Part shown: positions 39,489 through 47,665 of the stretch, one piece after another
How the letters are laid out: each line of letters begins with the position of its first letter
Position numbering within the stretch: position 1 is the stretch's first letter
IMG/VR virus record: IMGVR_UViG_3300050026_000055
Location: 32,281-96,280 of that record
DNA from: a virus
Length of the DNA: 64,000 nt
Direction: 5' to 3' (one strand)
The notes under the pieces: model-generated
Databases searched by the model: none
Told to the model about the DNA's origin: nothing
Seen by the model: the letters and a program-made list of their open reading frames with translations, nothing else
Made by a program: the position numbers and the translations under genes

Positions 39489-41429
39489 TTAGAACAAATC
39501 CTTAAATGGATCAACATCACTCAAAACTTCCGGGCTATTCTCCATATGGAAAACTGTAACCGGATTATCCTCAAGTGCATAATTGATGTTATATTTACTA
39601 TACTTGCCTAAACCATAAACCATATCATGCATCTCTTGTGCTTGACGATCTGCTACATATTGAGAGGAAACAAAGTTTATTTTAGCATCCATATCAGCAT
39701 AGGCCGCAAACTGATCCACTAATATTGATAAACCAGAAACGATGTCATCGTGTGTTCCGTTTGGAAACTTACTTAACTCGTTATAAATATCTTCCATACC
39801 GGCGCATGAATTTGAAAAATATAGTCTCTCATCACCTAACAATCTTAACACCGGCTTGGCTTTTACTTCTTTTGATTTTGTCTTATTTCCGGCACCCAGA
39901 GAAACGTATTCAACTGGTATGCTTATACTCAATTTATCCATCTCTCTACGAAGTTCACGGCTAAACCAGCGAACTCCTACAGAATCCTCGATTGCTATGC
40001 GCTTTGGCTTCCATTTGAATCCAACTCCCGCGATTACTGCTGGAAGTTCAAATTCATTGTATCGTCCTCTAGCCATGTCAATGACGTAGAATTTACCAGC
40101 AAATATTAACGATGTGAGAATGACTGTGTAATCTGCAAAACTCTTGGTTGAATATGCTGTGTCCACTGTTGTGACAATCATACCGCTTGACGGCAATGAG
40201 TTGGCTGGAATGGTTCGTCTAATTAATAATTCTTTTGGAAACTTGACTTGATGAACCTTACGCGGATCGTTCAGATATTTTAACGCAAATCCAACAGGAT
40301 CACGCCGTAGTTCTGTCATCAAAAACTTATAAGACAACCCTTCAGGAAACCAAAGAACCCAGTCGGCTTCTTTCATTTCCTCTTCAATTTTACCTACTTT
40401 AATAGCTTCATCAGTAGGCCACCATGCTGCCTTCAAATACACAATTATGGTTGGTGCTTCGCCGTCTGCTTTTAGTTTGTCTTCAGCAGCCATGTCTAAA
40501 CCATAACTGTCCATTTCATCGTACCATGTTCCGATTTTGTCGTAAAATCCATAGGTATGAAGCATGGCTTTGTTGATACTAATTTGGCGATTAACAGATT
40601 CCAGACGAGTAATCGTGCAACTATTTTCGTTACTAACCACGTCATCTAACTTCATTATACAGTAGTGGAATCCAGACAATGCCTGTTCAATACTGGCGGC
40701 TGTAACCGTCGCTTCTTTATCCGGCATTCTATTGGCCGGTGTATTAAACTCTGCTTGTTTATCATCTCCCGGTTTAATGCAATGTTCAGGAAATAAAATC
40801 TGAAACAAACTTGGTGTTCCATCTTGCGTTAATTTAGGACCATATGCCGGTTTGTTGTCAGCTCCTAACTTGCCTGTACTCTGTAAAGTAAAATGCTCTC
40901 TTAACTCACCCACAAACTTTGTAGCCAATGCCAAAGTTGCAGTCATAATCAAAATTGTAACTTCGGGAAAACAAACAATCCATTGAGCACAATCAGCCAC
41001 ATCAATGCTGGACTTAAACCCGCCTCGCGGAACTAACAGCAATCTTTCTTTTAGATCACTATAGGACTTTGCAAAATCTTTGAAACTGTTAAAATTGGCC
41101 GGGTCTTTTTTAACGAAGAAGGAGTTGCATATCTCTTCGTGCGTTCGTAAAGTTGTGTCTCTATATTTCTCTAAGACATGACACAAAAAGTATAGGTTTG
41201 TTTGGCAAAGAAATCGATAAAATGCCAGTTCTTTTCCGTCAACTTCCAACTTGTTTTCGTCACAAAACTTCTTCCAACTATTAAGTACCAATTCGCGATC
41301 CGAGTCAATCAATCGTTTCAAACTAAGAGAAGCCAGTCTATCTAATTCTTTACGATCCATTCCTTTATACTGATAGTTTGGGTTATTTATTGCTTGCTCT
41401 GCTAATTCTTTTAGTTTTTCTATCTTCAT
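39489..41429 (-). CDS. terL: terminase large subunit
   Basis: LLLVPRGGFKSS Walker A, MKLDDVV Walker B, VDTAYS and FPNGTHDD nuclease motifs. Confidence 0.9.
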   Translation of the reverse strand: MKIEKLKELAEQAINNPNYQYKGMDRKELDRLASLSLKRLIDSDRELVLNSWKKFCDENKLEVDGKELAFYRFLCQTNLYFLCHVLEKYRDTTLRTHEEICNSFFVKKDPANFNSFKDFAKSYSDLKERLLLVPRGGFKSSIDVADCAQWIVCFPEVTILIMTATLALATKFVGELREHFTLQSTGKLGADNKPAYGPKLTQDGTPSLFQILFPEHCIKPGDDKQAEFNTPANRMPDKEATVTAASIEQALSGFHYCIMKLDDVVSNENSCTITRLESVNRQISINKAMLHTYGFYDKIGTWYDEMDSYGLDMAAEDKLKADGEAPTIIVYLKAAWWPTDEAIKVGKIEEEMKEADWVLWFPEGLSYKFLMTELRRDPVGFALKYLNDPRKVHQVKFPKELLIRRTIPANSLPSSGMIVTTVDTAYSTKSFADYTVILTSLIFAGKFYVIDMARGRYNEFELPAVIAGVGFKWKPKRIAIEDSVGVRWFSRELRREMDKLSISIPVEYVSLGAGNKTKSKEVKAKPVLRLLGDERLYFSNSCAGMEDIYNELSKFPNGTHDDIVSGLSILVDQFAAYADMDAKINFVSSQYVADRQAQEMHDMVYGLGKYSKYNINYALEDNPVTVFHMENSPEVLSDVDPFKDLF

Positions 41430-41457
41430 TGACTGTTAATCCTTAATACGAACACCT

Positions 41458-41673
41458 TTACAGTTTGCGCGTGCCGTCTTTTATAACCTGACCTGCCAAT
41501 TTAGCCATCGCTTCTTTTATTTCATCGTTGACACGAATCATATCGCCGCGATTTATATGATAACAACAACTACCTTCTGCTTCACCCTCTTGTTTGTTCG
41601 ATTGTTCAGATTCTTTAAATACCGATGGAACAGGGTTATCGTCATCAGCTTTTATTTTCTTAATCATTGCCAT
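41458..41673 (-). CDS. hypothetical protein
   Basis: GGAG RBS before ATG 41673. Confidence 0.5.
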   Translation of the reverse strand: MAMIKKIKADDDNPVPSVFKESEQSNKQEGEAEGSCCYHINRGDMIRVNDEIKEAMAKLAGQVIKDGTRKL

Positions 41674-41674
41674 G

Positions 41675-42016
41675 TTATGCTCCCATTCCGGGCATCGGTG
41701 CAGCTCCACCGGCAGGCGGTGCTCCAGCCGCAGGTGCTCCAGCCGCAGGTGGTGCAGCACTCGCATCCTGACCTTCGCCGGCATTTGGTGTACCCATATG
41801 CTCCATCATGTGACTAGCTAACTCGTCGTTCCCGTTTGTCGTATGTTCTTCCATCGGGTGATCTACCGGATTAGTGTGATGATGTTCAATAATATGGCCA
41901 TGATTCTTGGCCTTACGAACTCGAACTTCTTTTACTTCCTTTTTCGACTTAGGTGCTTCCTTTTTGGCCTCATGACCACCCAAAGCGCCCTTAACCACTG
42001 CCATAGATTCGTGCAT
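41675..42016 (-). CDS. His-rich hypothetical protein with AGAPP repeats
   Basis: GGAG RBS; low-complexity C-terminus. Confidence 0.55.
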   Translation of the reverse strand: MHESMAVVKGALGGHEAKKEAPKSKKEVKEVRVRKAKNHGHIIEHHHTNPVDHPMEEHTTNGNDELASHMMEHMGTPNAGEGQDASAAPPAAGAPAAGAPPAGGAAPMPGMGA

Positions 42017-42017
42017 T

Positions 42018-42446
42018 TTATTTTTCTCCAAACTCTTCTTTTTCGGCTAGTCGCCTTCGTAACAATCCGGCCACAACTATACCGCCAGCTTTGTCCCACT
42101 TTTCAAACTCGTTGACCGCATCTAACAAATCATTTTTGTTTATCAGAATAAGTAACGTTGAGTGCTCAAAATTTCCTGTGCCACAATTAAACACAAAATC
42201 AACACAAGCGTCAAATTCTGGTTGTGTGAGTTGTATCTTGACCAATAGGTTTACTCGTCTAGATGCCCACTGAATATCTTCAGCCAACCACAGACCGGCC
42301 TGTTCAAGTGTGCAAGTCATTCCTAAATATACTCCTGCTGTATGACCATAACCGATGGTAGGAATTCCATTTGAATCCAAGTAGGCGACTAATCTACATC
42401 CTTCAAACTGTTCAGTAAGAACCAACCCTTTATTGCTGTATGTCAT
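42018..42446 (-). CDS. lysozyme (GH24 endolysin)
   Basis: FEGCRLVAYLDSNGIPTIGYGHT; GLLRRRLAE. Confidence 0.9.
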   Translation of the reverse strand: MTYSNKGLVLTEQFEGCRLVAYLDSNGIPTIGYGHTAGVYLGMTCTLEQAGLWLAEDIQWASRRVNLLVKIQLTQPEFDACVDFVFNCGTGNFEHSTLLILINKNDLLDAVNEFEKWDKAGGIVVAGLLRRRLAEKEEFGEK

Positions 42447-42963
42447 TGGCAGTAGCATTCTTGTACCTCAATTTTGCGTACTTCATTTTAGTGTATTGCT
42501 CAACGCCTTGGCCGGGATCATATTTAGGATATAGTGCCTTCATAACTTTTTCGGCATTCCTAAATACATCGTTTCTAAACTCTCCTATTGTTTCCAAATA
42601 CAAGAGAGTAACACTTGGCCCTCTACTGTGCCCTTGATTGCACGCAACTAAGACATTGTTTCCATCTGCCAGTTTCTTGCCTATAAACTCAAGTGCGTGA
42701 TCGATACCGTCATCCGGCATAAAATGCGGATCATCTAAATCTAAAATATTTATAGCTAGAATGTTACCTTTGATGACGTACTGATAATGCGAATCTTTTG
42801 GGGCGCCTACTGTCTTGTAACCTAGTAATGCTCTGTGTCCACCCGGACCTTCCTTACAGCACCTTACGAAACTAAATCCAGACTTGTCTTCAGTCTTTGT
42901 AAAATCGTTGTCATCTCCTATGTACAGTTTGCCTCCACTCGGATGTACATAAATCTCAGTCAT
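42430..42963 (-). CDS. dual-specificity (CX5R) phosphatase
   Basis: LYIG, LDLDD, VLVACNQGHSRG P-loop. Confidence 0.8.
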   Translation of the reverse strand: MTEIYVHPSGGKLYIGDDNDFTKTEDKSGFSFVRCCKEGPGGHRALLGYKTVGAPKDSHYQYVIKGNILAINILDLDDPHFMPDDGIDHALEFIGKKLADGNNVLVACNQGHSRGPSVTLLYLETIGEFRNDVFRNAEKVMKALYPKYDPGQGVEQYTKMKYAKLRYKNATANDIQQ

Positions 42964-42964
42964 C

Positions 42965-43204
42965 TTAACCTTCCAAAACTAATTTTTCTTTTTCTGCTGC
43001 CAATCTTAACTGCACCTGTGCTTCAATAACCTTTGCCATATTCGCTTCTGCTTGAACAAAAAATGATTTTAGCACTACATTTGCAAAATCAGTGGCGAAT
43101 GTCAAAGCAACGTTGTCTAACGGAACAGCAACACCGTTGTAATTCCACACGTTGCTAAACTTCTTTGCTTCATCTTTATTCACTGATGGCACTAGCATCT
43201 TCAT
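42965..43204 (-). CDS. hypothetical protein
   Basis: GGAGG RBS; operon context. Confidence 0.55.
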   Translation of the reverse strand: MKMLVPSVNKDEAKKFSNVWNYNGVAVPLDNVALTFATDFANVVLKSFFVQAEANMAKVIEAQVQLRLAAEKEKLVLEG

Positions 43205-43517
43205 CTCCTCCGAAAATCTGATTGGACATCTTTTTTAAAACTTCTTGCGCCTCTACGCGCTCTTTTGTTTCTTTTATGTCGCCTTCGACGGTGGCACTTT
43301 TATCAGTCCATTGAATAGATTTGGTTCCATACGCTCTCTCAACCAACGAGATTGGGATCACCCCCTCAACGTACATGCATACCAGCGTGGCGTAAAGACG
43401 ACGAGACGGCTGGAGCTGCTCGTTCCTTGCTAATTTACGCAACGTAGCTATGTGTATTCTTAATGAATTTTTTGATGGTATTTTTGTAGTTTCATTCATA
43501 AATAGAAAACGGAACAC
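43176..43517 (-). CDS. hypothetical protein, possible terminase small subunit
   Basis: Size and position upstream of terL only; start uncertain. Confidence 0.35.
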   Translation of the reverse strand: MFRFLFMNETTKIPSKNSLRIHIATLRKLARNEQLQPSRRLYATLVCMYVEGVIPISLVERAYGTKSIQWTDKSATVEGDIKETKERVEAQEVLKKMSNQIFGGDEDASAISE

Positions 43518-43809
43518 AGGGGATTTGCCCGATCTGTGTTCCGCTCATTAATTGCCCCAAGAGAGGCAGGGCCGTGTTATTAAAATATTAATGTACGGCT
43601 TATTAAAAAAACTATCGTAGTGTATATTATACACTTTCTCACTCCGAAAAGGAAGGAGGCCAGAGTGTTTAACTCTGGCCCGAGCCGAAGAAACGTGCGG
43701 TGTTTTAAAACTCGCGCCGTTGGAGGAGGTCTTCGGCAAAATTCAAGCGGTTCGCGTAATAATACTCTCTCTTATCTTGAAGAGTGCTTCAACCGCTTGT
43801 TACAACATC

Positions 43810-44235
43810 TTACGAATTAGGACCAGCAGCGGGTGCCACAGGCGCTACAACCTTCGGCTTCAATGCGGCCACAAGGTCTGCAAAATTTCCCGTCAACGCT
43901 TCAACTGCGGCAGCATACTTAGTCTCATCAGCAACTTCATTAGCAGTCAGTAGACCGCTGTTTTTAATCAACATATCTACTGCCGGAACAGCAATTGCTA
44001 GTTTATTTACACCAGTAGCAGCAGCGCTCACCGTATTAGCAATAGCACCAGCACCAGTAACAATAGTAACCAACTTAGCCACAAACGGATCAAATGCAGC
44101 CAATCCTTCAACGCCAAGAACAACTTCAACACCAGCGCCGACTGCGGGAGCAATCCTAGCTGCTACTTGCAACGCTTTTCCTGCATCCTTCTCAGCAACC
44201 TTCAAAAAGCTTTCAAAACTAGTAACAAGACTCAT
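43810..44235 (-). CDS. Ala/Val-rich hypothetical protein
   Basis: AAGG RBS; coherent composition. Confidence 0.6.
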   Translation of the reverse strand: MSLVTSFESFLKVAEKDAGKALQVAARIAPAVGAGVEVVLGVEGLAAFDPFVAKLVTIVTGAGAIANTVSAAATGVNKLAIAVPAVDMLIKNSGLLTANEVADETKYAAAVEALTGNFADLVAALKPKVVAPVAPAAGPNS

Positions 44236-44236
44236 T

Positions 44237-44488
44237 TTATTTTCCTTTTGTAATTTCTGTTTCTGGAAATCGGCTTATGGGCGGATTTTCCTCCGGTGTA
44301 GACCCTAATGTATTATCCATACGATGATTCATCGTTAGATTTGGTATTGGAAGCAAATGAAGGAAATGGTAAAAATATCTGTATTTCCTAGAATCAGTAG
44401 GCTGCAACTCCATTGCACCGATAGCGGCAGCAAGAACCACGAGAAGCGCACCACTAACGTGCGGCCAGTACATAGCCAAAAAATTCAT
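44237..44488 (-). CDS. small membrane protein, holin candidate
   Basis: N-terminal TM helix; AGGAG RBS. Confidence 0.45.
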   Translation of the reverse strand: MNFLAMYWPHVSGALLVVLAAAIGAMELQPTDSRKYRYFYHFLHLLPIPNLTMNHRMDNTLGSTPEENPPISRFPETEITKGK

Positions 44489-44596
44489 AAACTCCTCCTA
44501 TCTCTATCTTTAATTATAATAACACACTCGTCAAGACCTTAGTCATGCGGCCATCATATAAGTATATAAGAACAAAGCAAATATTTTAATCTTTTT

Positions 44597-45142
44597 TTAA
44601 TCTTTGTTCTGCAAAATTAACCAAGGATGTATGATTTTATGGCAAGATTCACACAAAGGCACTATATTATCGGCAGTATTTTCTCCACCATTCATTAAAG
44701 ATATTTTATGATGTCTATGGCAAGCCAATGCTCCGCAACAATAACACACCGTATTCTTGTTAAAGGGGTGTATTCGAGTTTTCATTCTGTTAAATGCCGC
44801 TCTACGCCTACCTAACCATTTTCCGATCAATGGGCAAGAAATGGTGACAATCTTATTCATCGCCAATATATAATTTATTCTATCCTGAGTCGTAGTCTTT
44901 AGCATCTTAAAGCACGCCTCAAGTTGGGTAGACACTTCTGGATTTGAGTGATACCATACAGGCTTAGTTGCATCCTTCTTCTTTGCTCTCTTAGTTTTTG
45001 CTGCCTGCGCTGCCTGCACTTCCGCATACTCAACCGATTCCTGACGACGAACGTCTCCTAGCTGCTTTGTCTCTATAACTGGCTTATAATCAGATTTTTT
45101 ATATTCATTAATAATCCTGTCTATTTCTTGACTAAAATTCAT
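44597..45142 (-). CDS. HNH endonuclease (paralog of 45693..46295)
   Basis: CYCC...RHHKISLMNGGEN...NIVPLCESCHKIIHPW. Confidence 0.8.
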   Translation of the reverse strand: MNFSQEIDRIINEYKKSDYKPVIETKQLGDVRRQESVEYAEVQAAQAAKTKRAKKKDATKPVWYHSNPEVSTQLEACFKMLKTTTQDRINYILAMNKIVTISCPLIGKWLGRRRAAFNRMKTRIHPFNKNTVCYCCGALACHRHHKISLMNGGENTADNIVPLCESCHKIIHPWLILQNKD

Positions 45143-45692
45143 TTTTCTCCTAAACCGCGCAGAAATTACACACTTTCTATAAGTCCTTTGTTTTCAACAA
45201 ACCTGTCCTCAGAGCAGGCTTCGCCCATTCCCTACCGGATGTCTTACGACTCCGATAAAGCTATATTACTGTATAGAATATATGGTATATACAGTAATAT
45301 ATTAATATGCTTAATGCTGGTAAATGATTGAATTGATTGGTTGTTAACCGGATCGTTATGCCGATTCTGCCAATCTTGGATGTCAACTGCCGACCTAAGT
45401 TATATCAAGCATAATAAAACACTTATACTCGACATGGCTAACAAGCGCAATGCTAATAGTCCATGTTTGGTTCAACTTATGTCCAGTGCCGCCATATCCT
45501 ACAGCGCACCTTCGGTTGTTCAGGCCGCCCTATGCAGGTTCCCGTTCCGTTCAATGCGGAACATCATCGTCTGTGTTTAGCTACCCTATTACTAGGCCGT
45601 ATAGGTTCCATAAAAGTTTTTTGAACACTTCGCAGGCATAACCGCGAGGGCTATGGGCTGCTCAAAATAACACAGGTAGATGTTGTTGTCCA

Positions 45693-46295
45693 TTAAGCCA
45701 AGTTTACCGCTTGCCTTAATTGACTTAGTACGCCGTTCTCGCGCACGTTGCCAGCAGTTACGACAGGCATGTATACCTGACCGCCTTGCATTTCTGGCAT
45801 CTGTTTTAGCTCTGTATGCAGAGCAGATTTATTGTCTAACTCATTATCAATTGGATTTATGAAATCCATCCACGGATGAATGTTCATATGACACGTTTCA
45901 CACAACGGTACAAGATTATAAGGCTCGTTAGTACCGCCGTTTGTTAATAAAATTTTGTGGTGCCTTATTGTTGCCGGTTTATAGCAGCAAAAACACAATG
46001 TATCTTCGTGCAACGGTAAAAGTTTATGTCTATGTGCCTCATAATAAAGTCTTTTTTTAGACAATTTAGCCACTCCGGTTTTATTTTTTGCACCTATTTT
46101 ACTGCACTTAATGAGATACCGCAAACGATCTTCAACTGTTATTAGATTTTTTTTCTTAGTTTTTGGTGTTTTTGGAGCATTATCTAACTTCTTGCGCTTT
46201 TTTGGATGCTTCTTCGCGCTGACATTGTGATTTGCATAGTTAAGTGACAGATCACGATACCGATCCCCAATCGTTTTGGCTAAACCTTTTTCCAT
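45693..46295 (-). CDS. HNH endonuclease (paralog of 44597..45142)
   Basis: CFCC...RHHKILLTNGGTN...NLVPLCETCHMNIHPW; start set just after promoter. Confidence 0.8.
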   Translation of the reverse strand: MEKGLAKTIGDRYRDLSLNYANHNVSAKKHPKKRKKLDNAPKTPKTKKKNLITVEDRLRYLIKCSKIGAKNKTGVAKLSKKRLYYEAHRHKLLPLHEDTLCFCCYKPATIRHHKILLTNGGTNEPYNLVPLCETCHMNIHPWMDFINPIDNELDNKSALHTELKQMPEMQGGQVYMPVVTAGNVRENGVLSQLRQAVNLA

Positions 46296-46302
46296 TTTCC
46301 CT

Positions 46303-46331
46303 ATTATACTCCTTTGAAGAGCAAATGTCAA
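46303..46331 (-). promoter_or_regulatory. sigma70-type promoter (near-leaderless)
   Basis: TTGACA-17-TATAAT, 7 nt before ATG. Confidence 0.8.
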
Positions 46332-46344
46332 GCAAAATCTTTAA

Positions 46345-46803
46345 CTAAATCACCTTAACACTTTGGTGTGCCTTAGATAAAATGTCGCACTCTTCGTTCT
46401 TTTCTCGTGGAATCCAATCAATACATACAGTTACACCGAGTTTACGAATTTTCTTTAAAGCATTGACAGCTCGTATGTACTCGTGATAATATGGCTTATT
46501 AGAATGTGCTGACCACTTTTTGTTTAATTGATTAATAACTAACATAGAATCACCACGAACGAGTAGTAATTTAGGAAGAAAATAACCTAATGACACACAG
46601 TATTCATAAAACCAATTTAACCCTTCGGCGCACGCGAAGTGTTCGGCTAAATTGTTCGTAAAATTAGGCCCAGAACCAATGACTCCATGTTTATCAACAA
46701 CATGTCCGCTGGAAGAAGAAATCAAGAATCCATAAGCGGCCGTGCCACCGGGATTGATCGGTCCACACGAACCGTCAAAATTAAGTACATATGTTTCAAT
46801 CAT
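46345..46803 (-). CDS. ribonuclease HI-like protein
   Basis: FDGSC..NPG, TNNLAEH, RGDSMLVINQ, WIPREKNEECD. Confidence 0.9.
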   Translation of the reverse strand: MIETYVLNFDGSCGPINPGGTAAYGFLISSSSGHVVDKHGVIGSGPNFTNNLAEHFACAEGLNWFYEYCVSLGYFLPKLLLVRGDSMLVINQLNKKWSAHSNKPYYHEYIRAVNALKKIRKLGVTVCIDWIPREKNEECDILSKAHQSVKVI

Positions 46804-46809
46804 AAAAGC

Positions 46810-46839
46810 ATTATAACATGCCGACCGCTTTTCTGTCAA
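46810..46839 (-). promoter_or_regulatory. sigma70-type promoter (leaderless), divergent pair
   Basis: TTGACA-18-TATAAT with extended TG, 6 nt before ATG. Confidence 0.75.
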
Positions 46840-46863
46840 GAGAAAAATAAATAAAAAAAGTGC

Positions 46864-46892
46864 TTGACAAAACTGCGTCTGGGGTATATACT
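46864..46892 (+). promoter_or_regulatory. sigma70-type promoter for replication genes
   Basis: TTGACA-17-TATACT. Confidence 0.8.
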
Positions 46893-47010
46893 CTTTAAAT
46901 CATATGGAAAAGCCAATTTTCAAAATTACAATCGAAACCGATAAATTTACCGAAGCGGCTAGTACCGCATTCGATTACACATTTACTGGGTTGTACACAC
47001 GAATATATAG

Positions 47011-47645
47011 GGGACTTATATACTTAACTCCCCGAAAGACACGAAAGACACGAAAGGCAGGATATGACGGAAATTGCTAAGAACACACTTGAAGTCGGCA
47101 CAAATGGAGCTGGGGAGGTAGTAGTCAATCACCCCGATTTACAGCCGGACGCAAATGGCGTCGGGCACATCGTATTCTCGCCCGAGCAGGCCCGCCAGCT
47201 AGCGTTTCTTCTTCAGCAAAAAGCACACAACGCAGAGGAAGAGATAATCGCAAAACTGCGGGCGGAAGCCGAGAAAATTCCTGTTGACCGAAGCGCTCAA
47301 GTCCTTACGAATGGCTCGCCGGTACCGACAGATCGGAGCCACACTACGCTTCGCGCCGATGGGCAGCAAGAAGGCTATGTGGTGTTGACTCCTGAAGAGA
47401 GAACCAAGGGTTTCGTTCGGCCATATCGTGACGCCTACCGCCACTTGAAATGCGGGAAGATCACAACCATGGGCCGCTCCATTGCGGAAACCTACGCCCG
47501 TGACCCAGACTTCTACACCGGCACATTCTGTATAACGTGCGGAGGGCATTTTCCGATTGGCGAAGGTGGAGAATTCGTTTGGTACGAGATGGATGGGAAA
47601 ACAGGGCCAAAGGTTGGAACTTAGGGAGTCATGTATATAAGTCCC
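47011..47645. mobile_element. non-autonomous IS1595-like mobile cassette (TIRs, 8-bp target duplication, one passenger gene)
   Basis: 22-bp TIRs GGGACTTATATACTTAACTCCC / GGGAGTCATGTATATAAGTCCC (20/22 complementary); ATATATAG duplicated at 47003-47010 and 47646-47653. Confidence 0.8.
47064..47624 (+). CDS. passenger hypothetical protein with Zn-binding motif
   Basis: GC-richer than flanks; GFVRPYRDAYRHLKCG...TYARDP.FY..TFC..C. Confidence 0.75.
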   Translation: MTEIAKNTLEVGTNGAGEVVVNHPDLQPDANGVGHIVFSPEQARQLAFLLQQKAHNAEEEIIAKLRAEAEKIPVDRSAQVLTNGSPVPTDRSHTTLRADGQQEGYVVLTPEERTKGFVRPYRDAYRHLKCGKITTMGRSIAETYARDPDFYTGTFCITCGGHFPIGEGGEFVWYEMDGKTGPKVGT

Positions 47646-47665
47646 ATATATAGGTAAAGGATCGA

